52,285 nucleotides of DNA from Fidelibacterota bacterium. GTDB lineage: Bacteria; Fidelibacterota; Marinisomatia; Marinisomatales; S15-B10. A program made the translations under genes and the position numbers. Under the pieces are notes generated by a model. The model searched no databases and was not told where the DNA came from. It was given only the letters and a program-made list of their open reading frames with translations. The DNA lies in the NCBI GenBank assembly GCA_046861655.1, contig JBHIAI010000003.1, positions 1-52,285 of the forward strand, read 5' to 3'. Below, piece by piece: positions 29,240 through 38,900 of this stretch; within the stretch, counting starts at the first letter, position 1; every line of letters begins with the position of its first letter.

Positions 29240-31276
29240 ATGAAAAACGAACGTGATCAGGTTTTCAGGGTGAAGGAGTGGCAGCACGGATTGCTTCTGT
29301 TTACGTCGGGGCTGCTCTTTTTTGAGCTGTTGACAGGACTTTCCATCTATCTCCTTCCGTTTAGCATTTCGAACCAGATGATGGTCTTCTTGCACACGAT
29401 CGTGGGGCTGGTATTCTTGATACCGTATACCTGGTATCAAATCCGGCACTGGCTGGTTTACCGGACCATCAAAATGTACCACATCAAGTTCACGGGATAC
29501 GTCTCCCTGGTAGCCACTGTGGTGGCTGTCGTGAGCGGCCTCGTTTTGACGTTTCAAGCCGTCTTTCTCACCAGGATCGGCCAGGGTTGGGACCTGGTTC
29601 ACATCGTTTCCACGTTTGCCCTCATCGGGGCGGTCCTGCCTCACGTGGTGGCCATCGTGATTCGCGATTATAGAGCGCGAAAAACCCGTGTTTTGCACCC
29701 GGTGTTGAAAGCGGAGGGTCGGTACGGGTTGAACACTCTGTTCGCTGTTGGGGCCCTTTTCGCTGTGGTAGCCCTTCTGGCATTTCTTTATGAACCGGTG
29801 GAACTGGTGAATCGGTTGCCCGATGACTACAGCTACCTGTACGGTCAGGACAGGCCCTTTGCTCCCAGTCTGGCCCGGACAAGCACCGGGGATGCCTTTG
29901 ACGCTCGATCTCTGGGTGGATCCCAGACCTGCGGCACATCCGGTTGTCACGAGGACGTGGTGAAAGAATGGCAGGTAAGCGCTCACCGTTACTCCGCCAT
30001 GGATCCGGCGTTTCAAGCCGTTCAGAACGTGATGGGAAAGCAGAACGGGCCTGAGTCGACCCGGTACTGCGGGGGATGTCACGACCCCATCTCCCTGTTT
30101 TCGGGAGCCAAGAACATTTTTGCCGAGGAGCTGACCAACTTGGTGGGCTATCAAGAGGGTGTCTCCTGCATCGTGTGCCATGCCATAAAAGAAACCGATC
30201 TCAAAGGAAACGCCAATTATGTCATCACTCAGCCACGGCGATACATGTTTGAGTTGCGCGAGGGCAAGACGGTGCAGTTTCTCAGGGACTTCCTGATACG
30301 TGCCTATCCGAGGCAACATGTGGAAAGCCTGCAGCATCGACTGTTCAAGAGTCCTGAATTCTGCGCTGCCTGTCACAAGCAGTTCATCGATCAGGAAATC
30401 AACAAAGTGGGCTGGGTTCAACTTCAAAACCAGTACGATAACTGGCGGAAGAGCCGGTGGAATCATCCGGAAGATCCTACGAAGACCATCGAATGCCGCG
30501 AGTGTCATATGCCACTGGTGGAATCCACCGATCCTGCCAGGGGAGATGCCCTGGATTACAACCGTACTCCCAAGGACAAAAAACATCGCAGCCACCGTTT
30601 CATAGCCGCGAATCAATTCGTGCCGTCCCTCCTGGACCTTCCAGGTGCGGATGAGCAGATTGCCCTGACGGAAAAATGGCTCCAGGGGAAAATCGAAATC
30701 CCTGAGATTTCTGAGAAGTGGAAGACGGGACCTGCAGTGCCCATCGAACTGCTGGTGCCGGAGATCGTTGAACCGGGTCAAGTCGTGAACATTCAAGTCT
30801 TGATCTCCAACAACAAGGTCGGTCACGACTTCCCTACCGGTCCCATGGATATCATCCAGGCTTGGCTTGAAGTTGTTGTGACGGATCAGGAGGGCAGGGA
30901 AGTTTTCGCCACCGGCCGCAGGGACGACAGGCACTTCATCGAACCGGGGTCTTTTGTTTTCAAGGCTGAGGCTGTCGATGAGTACGGCAATCTGATCGAC
31001 AGGCACAATCTGTGGGAGATGGTGGGTGTGCGATACCGGCGGGTTATGTTTCCGGGCTTTTCTGACCAAGTGACATTCTCCTTTCTCAGCCCCGAGAGTG
31101 TGTCCGGGGTTGAGAAAGTTCAAGAGTTGCGGGTGACGGCGAAATTGATGTACCGAAAAATCAACCAATTCCTGCTGAACTTTCTTCTTGGTGAAGAGTC
31201 GGGTGTTACCGCCCCGGTTTCGCTGGTTTCTGAAGACACCAAGAAGATACAGGTCCGACCGATTACGACGTCCTAA
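29240..31276 (+). CDS. Membrane-anchored multiheme c-type cytochrome with N-terminal His-bearing TM domain
   Basis: About 5 N-terminal hydrophobic helices; heme motifs CGTSGCH (29930), CGGCH (30068), CIVCH (30167), CAACH (30362), CRECH (30494); later VGHDFPTG. Confidence 0.85.
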   Translation: MKNERDQVFRVKEWQHGLLLFTSGLLFFELLTGLSIYLLPFSISNQMMVFLHTIVGLVFLIPYTWYQIRHWLVYRTIKMYHIKFTGYVSLVATVVAVVSGLVLTFQAVFLTRIGQGWDLVHIVSTFALIGAVLPHVVAIVIRDYRARKTRVLHPVLKAEGRYGLNTLFAVGALFAVVALLAFLYEPVELVNRLPDDYSYLYGQDRPFAPSLARTSTGDAFDARSLGGSQTCGTSGCHEDVVKEWQVSAHRYSAMDPAFQAVQNVMGKQNGPESTRYCGGCHDPISLFSGAKNIFAEELTNLVGYQEGVSCIVCHAIKETDLKGNANYVITQPRRYMFELREGKTVQFLRDFLIRAYPRQHVESLQHRLFKSPEFCAACHKQFIDQEINKVGWVQLQNQYDNWRKSRWNHPEDPTKTIECRECHMPLVESTDPARGDALDYNRTPKDKKHRSHRFIAANQFVPSLLDLPGADEQIALTEKWLQGKIEIPEISEKWKTGPAVPIELLVPEIVEPGQVVNIQVLISNNKVGHDFPTGPMDIIQAWLEVVVTDQEGREVFATGRRDDRHFIEPGSFVFKAEAVDEYGNLIDRHNLWEMVGVRYRRVMFPGFSDQVTFSFLSPESVSGVEKVQELRVTAKLMYRKINQFLLNFLLGEESGVTAPVSLVSEDTKKIQVRPITTS

Positions 31277-31280
31277 CCCT

Positions 31281-33857
31281 GTGCGGGTGACCCTGTCCCG
31301 CCGAAGACGTCTCGTCATCACAAGTGCTGTGGCCCTTCTCCTTTTCCTGGCCGGGGCGGCCGTGGTGGTCTGGCTACTCTCAAGGCCTGAAGCCCCGTAC
31401 CGGCCAGGTGAAGAGATTGAAGGACTAACCGCCAGCCTCACTCGGTCCATACCGGGAGACTATCGCCCGGTCAGGTTCGTAGACGCCACGGAGGAAGCGG
31501 GCATCTCATTCCATCATTTCTCGGGAAAACGGACGAGCCAGCTTCCTGAGGATATGGGATCCGGGGCAGCCTGGGGGGACTACGATAATGACGGGTGGCT
31601 GGATCTTTTTGTCGTCAACGAAGTCGGTCCATTATCGCTGGAAGACATCCAATCCTCTCCGGCCCATTCGGCTCTGTATCATAACAGGGGGGATGGAACC
31701 TTCGACGAAGTGAGTGGCGACGCAGGTGTAGATTTCCGCGGCTGGGGCATGGCCGCTGCCTGGGGGGATTACGACAACGACGGGTGGACGGATTTGTTCG
31801 TATCATCGTACGGGGAAAACACCCTCTACCACAACAACGGGGACGGCACGTTCAGCGATGTTACCTACCCAGCGGGGATGGGCAGGCGGAAAGGTTTCTG
31901 GACCGGCGCCTCGTGGGCGGATTTCAACAGGGACGGGTTTCTGGACCTGTATGTTTGCGGGTATGTGCGGTATTCTCACCAGGACGCACTCCGATCGTCC
32001 ATGCAATACGATGTTGAGGTTCCCGCAAGCCTCAATCCTTCCTCTTTCCAGCCGGAGCGGAACTTACTTTTCAGGAATAACGGGGACGGCACATTCTCTG
32101 AAATTGGAGCTCAGGCCGGGGTGGAAAACGTTCAGGGGCGGAGTCTCTCGGCAGCCTGGTCTGATTTCGATGAAGACGGCTGGCCTGACCTTTATGTTGC
32201 CAATGACGTTTCTGACAATGTCCTGTACCGGAACCTGGGCAATGAACAATTTGAAGAAATAAGCCATGGGTCCTGGGTAGCAGACTACCGGGGAGCGATG
32301 GGACTGGGCGTGGGCGACTGGGATGGGGATCTTGACATGGACATTTTCATTACCCACTGGATAGCTCAGGAAAATGCTCTGTACAGTAACCTCCGATCCC
32401 AGTTCGGGAAAGAATCACCGTCCTCTTTTATCAGGACGAAATTCATGGACGAAGCGGACCGCCATGGCCTGGGACAAATCGCCCTGGATTACATTGGATG
32501 GGGCACGTCTTTCTTCGACTTCGACAATGACGGAAGGCTGGATCTTTTCACCGTGAACGGAAGCACATTTCAGCAGAAAAAAGCACCGTGGCTTCTCGTG
32601 CCCATGCCGAACCAACTGTTCTGGAACGGAGGGGCCAGTGAAGGGTTCTATGACGTCTCTGAGGTGAGCGGAGAAATCTTTCAGCGTGAATACGTGGGCC
32701 GGGGAGCGGCGTTCGGCGATTATGACAACGATGGGGACGTGGACATATTTGTGGTCAACAATGGCGGACCCGGGATCCTTCTAAGAAATGAGGGGGGAAA
32801 TCGAAACAACTGGTTAGAGGTAGCTCTGGAGGGGACGGAGAGCAACAGATCGGCTTTCGGGGCCAAGCTACGCCTCGTTGCGGACAGGACCGTTCAAATC
32901 CGTCAGATCGGGGCACAGCCGTCTTATTGTTCCCAGAACAGCTTGGTGGAGCATTTTGGTCTGGGATCTGCCTCCGGGGTGGATACCCTGGAAATCATCT
33001 GGCCCAGCGGAATTCGTCAGGCCTTCCATGACCTTGAAGCCAATCAGACCGTGCGAATCCTGGAGGGGAATGTCACCTATGAGGGAAGGTTTTCCTCCGA
33101 ACGGGAGAGAGTTCGGCGTTTCTGGGAGATATACCGTAGCGCTACCGGCTACCGGGTTTCAGGACAACCGCGAAAGGCGGCCACTGCGTATGAACGGGCC
33201 CTTATGCTCAATGACCGGCACGAAGACGGGCTGTACTATATGGGGAACATGTACATGGAATTGGGAGAATATGGCAGGGCCCAGAAAGCCTGGGAACGAC
33301 TGCTCCAGGTCAACCCCAGCAGCATCCGCGCACTCATTCAGTTAGGCAATCTTCACCTTCAGTTCGACCGGGAAGAACTTTTCGATATTGAGGCAGCCAA
33401 ACACCGGTTTCTCATGGCCCTCAAGATCAACAAGGAAGAAACGACCTCTCTTATTCGTCTGGGGGAAATTGCCCTGATCGGGGGTGCCCTCGCCAAGGCA
33501 CAGGGCTACTTTGACCCGGTGATCGCCTCCGACTATGAGAGCGCGGAAGCCTGTCTTCTCAATGGGTACATTGAGTGGAAAATGGGAAATTCAGCCAAAG
33601 CCCTATCCCTGCTGGAAAAAGCGGTGGCGCATTCACAGGTGTTGGAGCCTGCCCCGGGAAATGATGTCCCCCGGGAGGGGGACACCCGGACAGGAAAACC
33701 GCTCTTATTCCCGGAACGGGCCGAGGGCCCCTCTCCTTTCCGTGCGCACATGAGTGATTTAGGGGAGCTGGAGATTAGCGATGTCAGCCGGGTGTATGAA
33801 GGCAGGTACAAACAACTGGAAGACTTTCTGGGGGAAATCAGAAGGAAGATTCAATAA
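31281..33857 (+). CDS. FG-GAP + ASPIC/UnbV protein with C-terminal TPR repeats
   Basis: Probable GTG start at 31281 or 31287; RRRR plus TM anchor; LPEDMGSGAAWGDYDNDG repeats; NWLEVALEG..HFGLG..IWPSG; TPR-like helices (YYMGNMYMELGEYGRAQKAWERLLQVNP). Confidence 0.85.
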   Translation: MRVTLSRRRRLVITSAVALLLFLAGAAVVVWLLSRPEAPYRPGEEIEGLTASLTRSIPGDYRPVRFVDATEEAGISFHHFSGKRTSQLPEDMGSGAAWGDYDNDGWLDLFVVNEVGPLSLEDIQSSPAHSALYHNRGDGTFDEVSGDAGVDFRGWGMAAAWGDYDNDGWTDLFVSSYGENTLYHNNGDGTFSDVTYPAGMGRRKGFWTGASWADFNRDGFLDLYVCGYVRYSHQDALRSSMQYDVEVPASLNPSSFQPERNLLFRNNGDGTFSEIGAQAGVENVQGRSLSAAWSDFDEDGWPDLYVANDVSDNVLYRNLGNEQFEEISHGSWVADYRGAMGLGVGDWDGDLDMDIFITHWIAQENALYSNLRSQFGKESPSSFIRTKFMDEADRHGLGQIALDYIGWGTSFFDFDNDGRLDLFTVNGSTFQQKKAPWLLVPMPNQLFWNGGASEGFYDVSEVSGEIFQREYVGRGAAFGDYDNDGDVDIFVVNNGGPGILLRNEGGNRNNWLEVALEGTESNRSAFGAKLRLVADRTVQIRQIGAQPSYCSQNSLVEHFGLGSASGVDTLEIIWPSGIRQAFHDLEANQTVRILEGNVTYEGRFSSERERVRRFWEIYRSATGYRVSGQPRKAATAYERALMLNDRHEDGLYYMGNMYMELGEYGRAQKAWERLLQVNPSSIRALIQLGNLHLQFDREELFDIEAAKHRFLMALKINKEETTSLIRLGEIALIGGALAKAQGYFDPVIASDYESAEACLLNGYIEWKMGNSAKALSLLEKAVAHSQVLEPAPGNDVPREGDTRTGKPLLFPERAEGPSPFRAHMSDLGELEISDVSRVYEGRYKQLEDFLGEIRRKIQ

Positions 33858-33886
33858 TATCAAGAATCAAGAATCCAAGATTTGGC

Positions 33887-33916
33887 TTGACATTGCGTTA
33901 AGAACAATGATAATAT
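33887..33916 (+). promoter_or_regulatory. Putative sigma70 promoter of susC-susD
   Basis: TTGACA at 33887-33892 and TG-n-TAATAT at 33908-33916 (18-bp spacer) in the only long intergenic gap before susC. Confidence 0.55.
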
Positions 33917-34157
33917 CACAAAAGTTAAGGTGTGGGCACGAAAGCAGGGTGTGCTGGCAGACAACAGCCCAAGATCTCTCATCAGACGAGCATATTTTCC
34001 GGTGTCATCACCCGTCCACGGCAGGTTTCCGGCTGCCCACACCCTTCAGAACTGAGGGCTCGTAAGCTCCTTTGAGCATGCAATTGCTTAACTACCGTAC
34101 AGAGAGAATACTGGTTTGGAACAGATGTCGCGTCTGTTTACCAAAAGGAGGTGCACA

Positions 34158-37100
34158 GTGAGGTTCAAAGTCCTTTTCGTTAGTCTGGCTGTAGCTTTGT
34201 TTGTTCTGGGGCAGGCATTCGGTCAGGATGGCCGCGTTTCGGGGCGTGTGATTTCCAGTGAGGACAGAGATCCCCTGATTGGTGTCAACATTGTGGTGGC
34301 AGGTACAGATATGGGTACCACAACGGACAGCGACGGGCGGTACCTCTTGGACGGAGTCTCCCCCGATGCCACCCTAGTCTTTTCCTACATTGGGTACCAG
34401 ACAGAGGAAATCTCGGTTGCTGGACGGCAAGAGATTGATGTTGTCATGACCCCTCAGGCCCTTCCTGGGGAGGAACTGGTGGTGATCGGGTACGGCACTC
34501 AGCAGAGGAGAGACATTACCAGTTCCATCACCTCGTTGAAGGAGGGGAGTTTCACACAGGGTGCAACCACCGATATTCAGTCCCTGCTTCAGGCCCGGGT
34601 GCCAGGGGTGGTCGTCACCAGCAACAACGGTGAAGTTGGAGGCGAACCGCTGATCCGGATTCGAGGGGGTACATCTGTAACGGCCAGCAACAATCCCATG
34701 ATTGTCATCGATGGTGTGCCTGTCAACAACACGTCGGCCCTGCCAGGCGGAACCGGAGAGGATATCAATGACGGTCCCCGGGACAATCCCCTGGGTATGT
34801 TGAACCCCAGGGATATTGCCTCCATCGATATTCTGAAGGATGCATCCGCGGCGGCTATATACGGTGCCCGGGGCGGCAACGGCGTGATTCTGATTACCAC
34901 CAAGGAAGGATCGCCGGGAGTACCCGGTGGCCCTTCTCTGGTCTACGACGTCTACACCAGCTCTTCTAGCGTATCGAATAAATTAGACCTGATGAGCGCC
35001 AGCGAATACAAAGCGTACGCCCAGAAGGTCGCGAACATCATAGACGATACAACCAAGTTTGTGTATGATCCCGACGACTTCGGGACCGCAAACACGGACT
35101 GGCAGGATGCAATTTTCAGAACCGCCATCAGTCAGAATCACAATATTTCCTTCACCGGCGGCTCGGCTGCCACCCAGTACCGGGCTTCCTTGAACTATCT
35201 GGATGAGCAGGGGGTTGTGTTGAATTCGGCCCGGCAGCGGTATTCGGGCCGGTTGAATGTCAACCATAGAATGCTGGATAATAAACTGAAGTTGGCCTTA
35301 AGAATAAATCCGTCCTTTATCAGGCGTCATAACACTCCGTACAATCAACGGGCGGGCTATTTTGGGGGCGTGTTTACCAATGTCCTCAAGATGAACCCCA
35401 CCTATCCAGTGAAAAATGATGATGGATCCTATTATGAGTATCCCACCACGACCATCCGGAATCCGGTTGCCCTGCTTAACGAAATCTCAGATGTTTCGGA
35501 GGAGATGCGCATCTTCTTCAATTCAACGGCAGAGTATGAGTTCATCCCTGGATTGAACGGGAAACTGAACGTCGGACTGGATCGGACCGCTGTGACCCGG
35601 AACACCTATCAACCGAGAGAACTGCCCTATGCTGAGGCCTTCGGTGGGAGAGCGGATATCAGAACCAACGAAAGGCAGTCGGTGCTGTTTGAGTCGACGC
35701 TGAATTACCGGGCGAGCATGGGTGCTTCTAACCTGGAGGCCACGGGAGGTTATACCTTCCAGGAGTTCGAGGATGAAGGCGTTGGCATCACGGCTCGAGA
35801 CTTTGTCACCGATGCCTGGCTAACGGATAACATCGGGGGTGCGGCCGATTTCACCACCCGGCCCTACTCCTTCAGAAACGTGAACCGCTTGATTTCCTTC
35901 CTGGGACGTGCCAATGTTAATGTAGCTGGCAAGTATCTCATCAGCGGTGCCGTCAGGCGGGAAGGGTCCTCCCGGTTTGGGGAAGGCAACAAGTGGGGTA
36001 TTTTCCCGTCTGCGTCCTTCGGATGGAGACTGTCGAGAGAACCCTTCATGCCGACTTTCGGCGTCCTGAGCGACCTGAAAGTAAGGGCGAGTTTTGGCAT
36101 CACCGGAAACCAGGACATCGGAAACTACCGCTCTTTGGTTCTCCTGGGCCCAGGATCCAACACCGTTATCGGGGATCAGTTGCTCACCGGTGTGGCGCCC
36201 ACACAGCTGGCCAACCCCGATTTGAAATGGGAGGAAACCAGCCAGTTGAACCTGGGAATAGACTTCGGGTTGTACAGGGACAGAGTTTCCGGTTCCATCG
36301 ATGTGTACTCCAAGACGACCAACGATCTATTGTTGGAGTTTGACGTTGCTCAGCCGGCGGTAGTCACCACCAGACTGGACAATGTAGGAACGGTGGAGAA
36401 CAAGGGGATCGAGATCGCCTTGAACACGGTGAACATCTCCACCGAAGACCTCTTCTGGCGGACCAGCTTCAATTTTGCCACCAACAGGAACGAGGTGACC
36501 AGCCTGGGTGAGGACACCACGTATTACATTGTCACGGGGGACGTGGGAGGAGCAGGACTGAGCGGAGTAAAAGCACAGATCGTAAGAATCGGTGAACCCT
36601 TAGGGGCATTCTTCGGGTTCAAGTTTCTTGGATACGATGATGATGGACAGGAAATTCTGACGACGGAAGGGGGTCCCCTGGACGACGGGAGGTTTATCCT
36701 GGGCTCCGCCCAGCCCGATTTCACGTTTGGTATTTCGAACATCATAAACTATGGGAACATAGACATCAGTGTCTTCTTCCAGGGGGTGTGGGGGAACGAG
36801 ATCATGAACAATACCCGCCTGGAATACGAACGGCCGTCTAATGTGACCAATGACATCAATCTCTTCTCAGGGGCGGAGGATTACGTGGATGAAGGGATGA
36901 GTCCTCTAGCCTTTCCTGCGTATTCGGACCAATTCATCGAAGACGGATCGTTCATCCGCCTGCAGAACGTCACAGTTGGTTACACGTTCACCACGGGTAC
37001 CTTTAAGAACGTTCGGGTCTACGTGAGTGGTGACAACCTGTTTGTGCTAACCAAGTACACAGGCTATGATCCGGAAGTTAACACCTTTACGGGGTATGCC

Positions 37101-37169
37101 CTGGGTGTTGATTACACCAACTATCCCAAAGCCCGGACGTTCACGCTGGGGTTAAGTCTTGGACTGTAA
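34158..37169 (+). CDS. susC: SusC/RagA family TonB-dependent transporter
   Basis: GTG start after AGGAGG; carboxypeptidase-like N-domain (LVFSYIGY), VVIGYGTQ, IRIRGGTS, DILKDASAAAIYGARGGNGVILITTK, NPDLKWEET, NYPKARTFTLGLSLGL. Confidence 0.95.
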   Translation: MRFKVLFVSLAVALFVLGQAFGQDGRVSGRVISSEDRDPLIGVNIVVAGTDMGTTTDSDGRYLLDGVSPDATLVFSYIGYQTEEISVAGRQEIDVVMTPQALPGEELVVIGYGTQQRRDITSSITSLKEGSFTQGATTDIQSLLQARVPGVVVTSNNGEVGGEPLIRIRGGTSVTASNNPMIVIDGVPVNNTSALPGGTGEDINDGPRDNPLGMLNPRDIASIDILKDASAAAIYGARGGNGVILITTKEGSPGVPGGPSLVYDVYTSSSSVSNKLDLMSASEYKAYAQKVANIIDDTTKFVYDPDDFGTANTDWQDAIFRTAISQNHNISFTGGSAATQYRASLNYLDEQGVVLNSARQRYSGRLNVNHRMLDNKLKLALRINPSFIRRHNTPYNQRAGYFGGVFTNVLKMNPTYPVKNDDGSYYEYPTTTIRNPVALLNEISDVSEEMRIFFNSTAEYEFIPGLNGKLNVGLDRTAVTRNTYQPRELPYAEAFGGRADIRTNERQSVLFESTLNYRASMGASNLEATGGYTFQEFEDEGVGITARDFVTDAWLTDNIGGAADFTTRPYSFRNVNRLISFLGRANVNVAGKYLISGAVRREGSSRFGEGNKWGIFPSASFGWRLSREPFMPTFGVLSDLKVRASFGITGNQDIGNYRSLVLLGPGSNTVIGDQLLTGVAPTQLANPDLKWEETSQLNLGIDFGLYRDRVSGSIDVYSKTTNDLLLEFDVAQPAVVTTRLDNVGTVENKGIEIALNTVNISTEDLFWRTSFNFATNRNEVTSLGEDTTYYIVTGDVGGAGLSGVKAQIVRIGEPLGAFFGFKFLGYDDDGQEILTTEGGPLDDGRFILGSAQPDFTFGISNIINYGNIDISVFFQGVWGNEIMNNTRLEYERPSNVTNDINLFSGAEDYVDEGMSPLAFPAYSDQFIEDGSFIRLQNVTVGYTFTTGTFKNVRVYVSGDNLFVLTKYTGYDPEVNTFTGYALGVDYTNYPKARTFTLGLSLGL

Positions 37170-37202
37170 CTACAAGGAGATTTCAACGAAAAAGGGGGTA
37201 CT

Positions 37203-38765
37203 ATGAAGAACCGCAAACTTGGTGTTCTCATGCCGGCCCTCCTCGGTTTGCTGTTAGTTTGGGGTTGCACGGACCTGACCGAGAAGCCTTACGGTGTGGT
37301 AACGCCTGAGAACTTCTACCAAACAGAGGGTGAGTTGGTGGCCGCCGTCGTCCCTGTGTACAATGGCCTGAAGAACGCTTCCTGGGGTGACTATGCCCAT
37401 CTGCAGGACATTTCCTCGGATGCCATGGTCGTGCCCACCCGGGGCGGCGACTGGGACGATGGAGGCATCTGGAGAAACCTTCAAGAACATGATTGGCAAC
37501 CTTCCCTTGGGTTCCTCAACGGAGCCTGGACCGGGGCCTATGGGGGCGTAGCGAGGGCGAACTCGACGCTTGATGCCCTGGGTAGGGCAGAACAGACGGA
37601 CCTGGTTAAGACCTTCACCGCCGAGGTTAAGGTCCTCAGAGCCCTGTACTATTGGTGGCTGATGGATCTGTTTGGCGGCGTGCCCGTGGTCACCGACGCG
37701 ACCACCGCCGAAGCGTTTAGCTTTATCGCGGAGACGGATGAAAGCGATAATATCGAACCCGTGGATCCGGATAGACCCCCCGCCCCTAATACGCGTAAAG
37801 AAGTGTTCGATTTCATCGTGGCCCAAGTCAAAGAGGCGTTGCCGGATCTTGAGGAATCCCATGGAGCAGGAAACTACGGCCGGATCACATCGGGGGCTGC
37901 CAATGCTCTCTTGGCCACCGTTTACCTGAACGCCGAAGTCTATGCGGGAGAAGCCATGTGGGAGGAGACGATAGCTGCCTGTGATGAGGTGATCAACTCC
38001 GGTCTGTATGATTTGATGCCCTCCTTTGATGATGTCTTTGCTCTGGAAAATGAGGGCCCCTCAAACACGGAAAACATCCTTGTGTTTGCGAATCGACCAG
38101 AAGGCGAATGGGACGCGTCCTGGCTCCGGCACATGGCGACCCTCCATTACAATCAGATCCCCGCGAGCCCCTGGAACGGCTTCTCCGTCCTGGCTGACTT
38201 CTACAACTCATTTGACAGTGTCGATGCCAGGCGGGATCAGATACTGGTAGGACAACAGTATGTGTTAGCCGGACCCGACGAGGGCGATTCGGCATTCGAT
38301 CGTGATGGAAACCCACTGGTCTTTACCGTCGAATCTCCCCTGGTAGATGCCACAGAGGGAAACGGTCCTCGAATCCTCAAGTGGCCCATCGATCCTGATA
38401 TGAGCGGATGGTTTGGCGGGAATGACTACGCCATCTTCCGGTATTCCCATATCCTGCTGGCAAAGGCGGAAGCGCAATTTCGCCTGAACGGAGGGGGCCT
38501 TGCCCTGGTGAACCAGGTACGGGAGCGTGCCGGTCTCGACCCACTCTCAACGCTTAACGAGGATGACATCTACTGGGAGCGTGGTCATGAATTCCTTTGG
38601 GAAGGGTTCCGACGCCAGGATCAGATCAGGTTTGGCACCTGGGAAGGTGCGTGGACATTACACGACGCCACAGGGGATGAAAACCTGGAACTCTTTCCCA
38701 TCCCGCAGATTCAACTGGATGCGAATCCCAACCTGTCACAGAATCCAGGCTACTTGGGGTCATAG
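37203..38765 (+). CDS. susD: SusD/RagB family glycan-binding lipoprotein
   Basis: LLVWGC lipobox; LRALYYWWLMDLFGGVP, ALLATVYLNAE, FRYSHILLAKAEA, ERGHEFLWEGFRRQDQIRFG, FPIPQ..NPNLSQNPGY. Confidence 0.95.
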   Translation: MKNRKLGVLMPALLGLLLVWGCTDLTEKPYGVVTPENFYQTEGELVAAVVPVYNGLKNASWGDYAHLQDISSDAMVVPTRGGDWDDGGIWRNLQEHDWQPSLGFLNGAWTGAYGGVARANSTLDALGRAEQTDLVKTFTAEVKVLRALYYWWLMDLFGGVPVVTDATTAEAFSFIAETDESDNIEPVDPDRPPAPNTRKEVFDFIVAQVKEALPDLEESHGAGNYGRITSGAANALLATVYLNAEVYAGEAMWEETIAACDEVINSGLYDLMPSFDDVFALENEGPSNTENILVFANRPEGEWDASWLRHMATLHYNQIPASPWNGFSVLADFYNSFDSVDARRDQILVGQQYVLAGPDEGDSAFDRDGNPLVFTVESPLVDATEGNGPRILKWPIDPDMSGWFGGNDYAIFRYSHILLAKAEAQFRLNGGGLALVNQVRERAGLDPLSTLNEDDIYWERGHEFLWEGFRRQDQIRFGTWEGAWTLHDATGDENLELFPIPQIQLDANPNLSQNPGYLGS

Positions 38766-38806
38766 TTTGTTCGCGGTTTAGTTCATAGATATCCCTTCAT
38801 TACGAG

Positions 38807-38839
38807 GATCGGCCCCGAATTCCGGGGCCGATCTTTTTT
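38807..38839 (+). terminator. Rho-independent terminator after susD
   Basis: 11-bp stem GATCGGCCCCG/CGGGGCCGATC, 5-nt loop, T6 tail. Confidence 0.9.
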
Positions 38840-38900
38840 ATAGTGTAACCGACGTAATTCTTCCTAAGCACGATGGCTTTTTCTGCATAAATTCCCCCGG

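Noticed and set aside
29216..31450. 744-aa minus-strand ORF
   Set aside because: Antisense shadow of the multiheme cytochrome gene with no recognisable motifs; long shadow ORFs are common in GC-rich coding DNA.
27361..33857. Enediyne-type biosynthetic cluster suggested by UnbV domains
   Set aside because: No PKS, thioesterase or other enediyne core genes in the window; the context is carbohydrate uptake.
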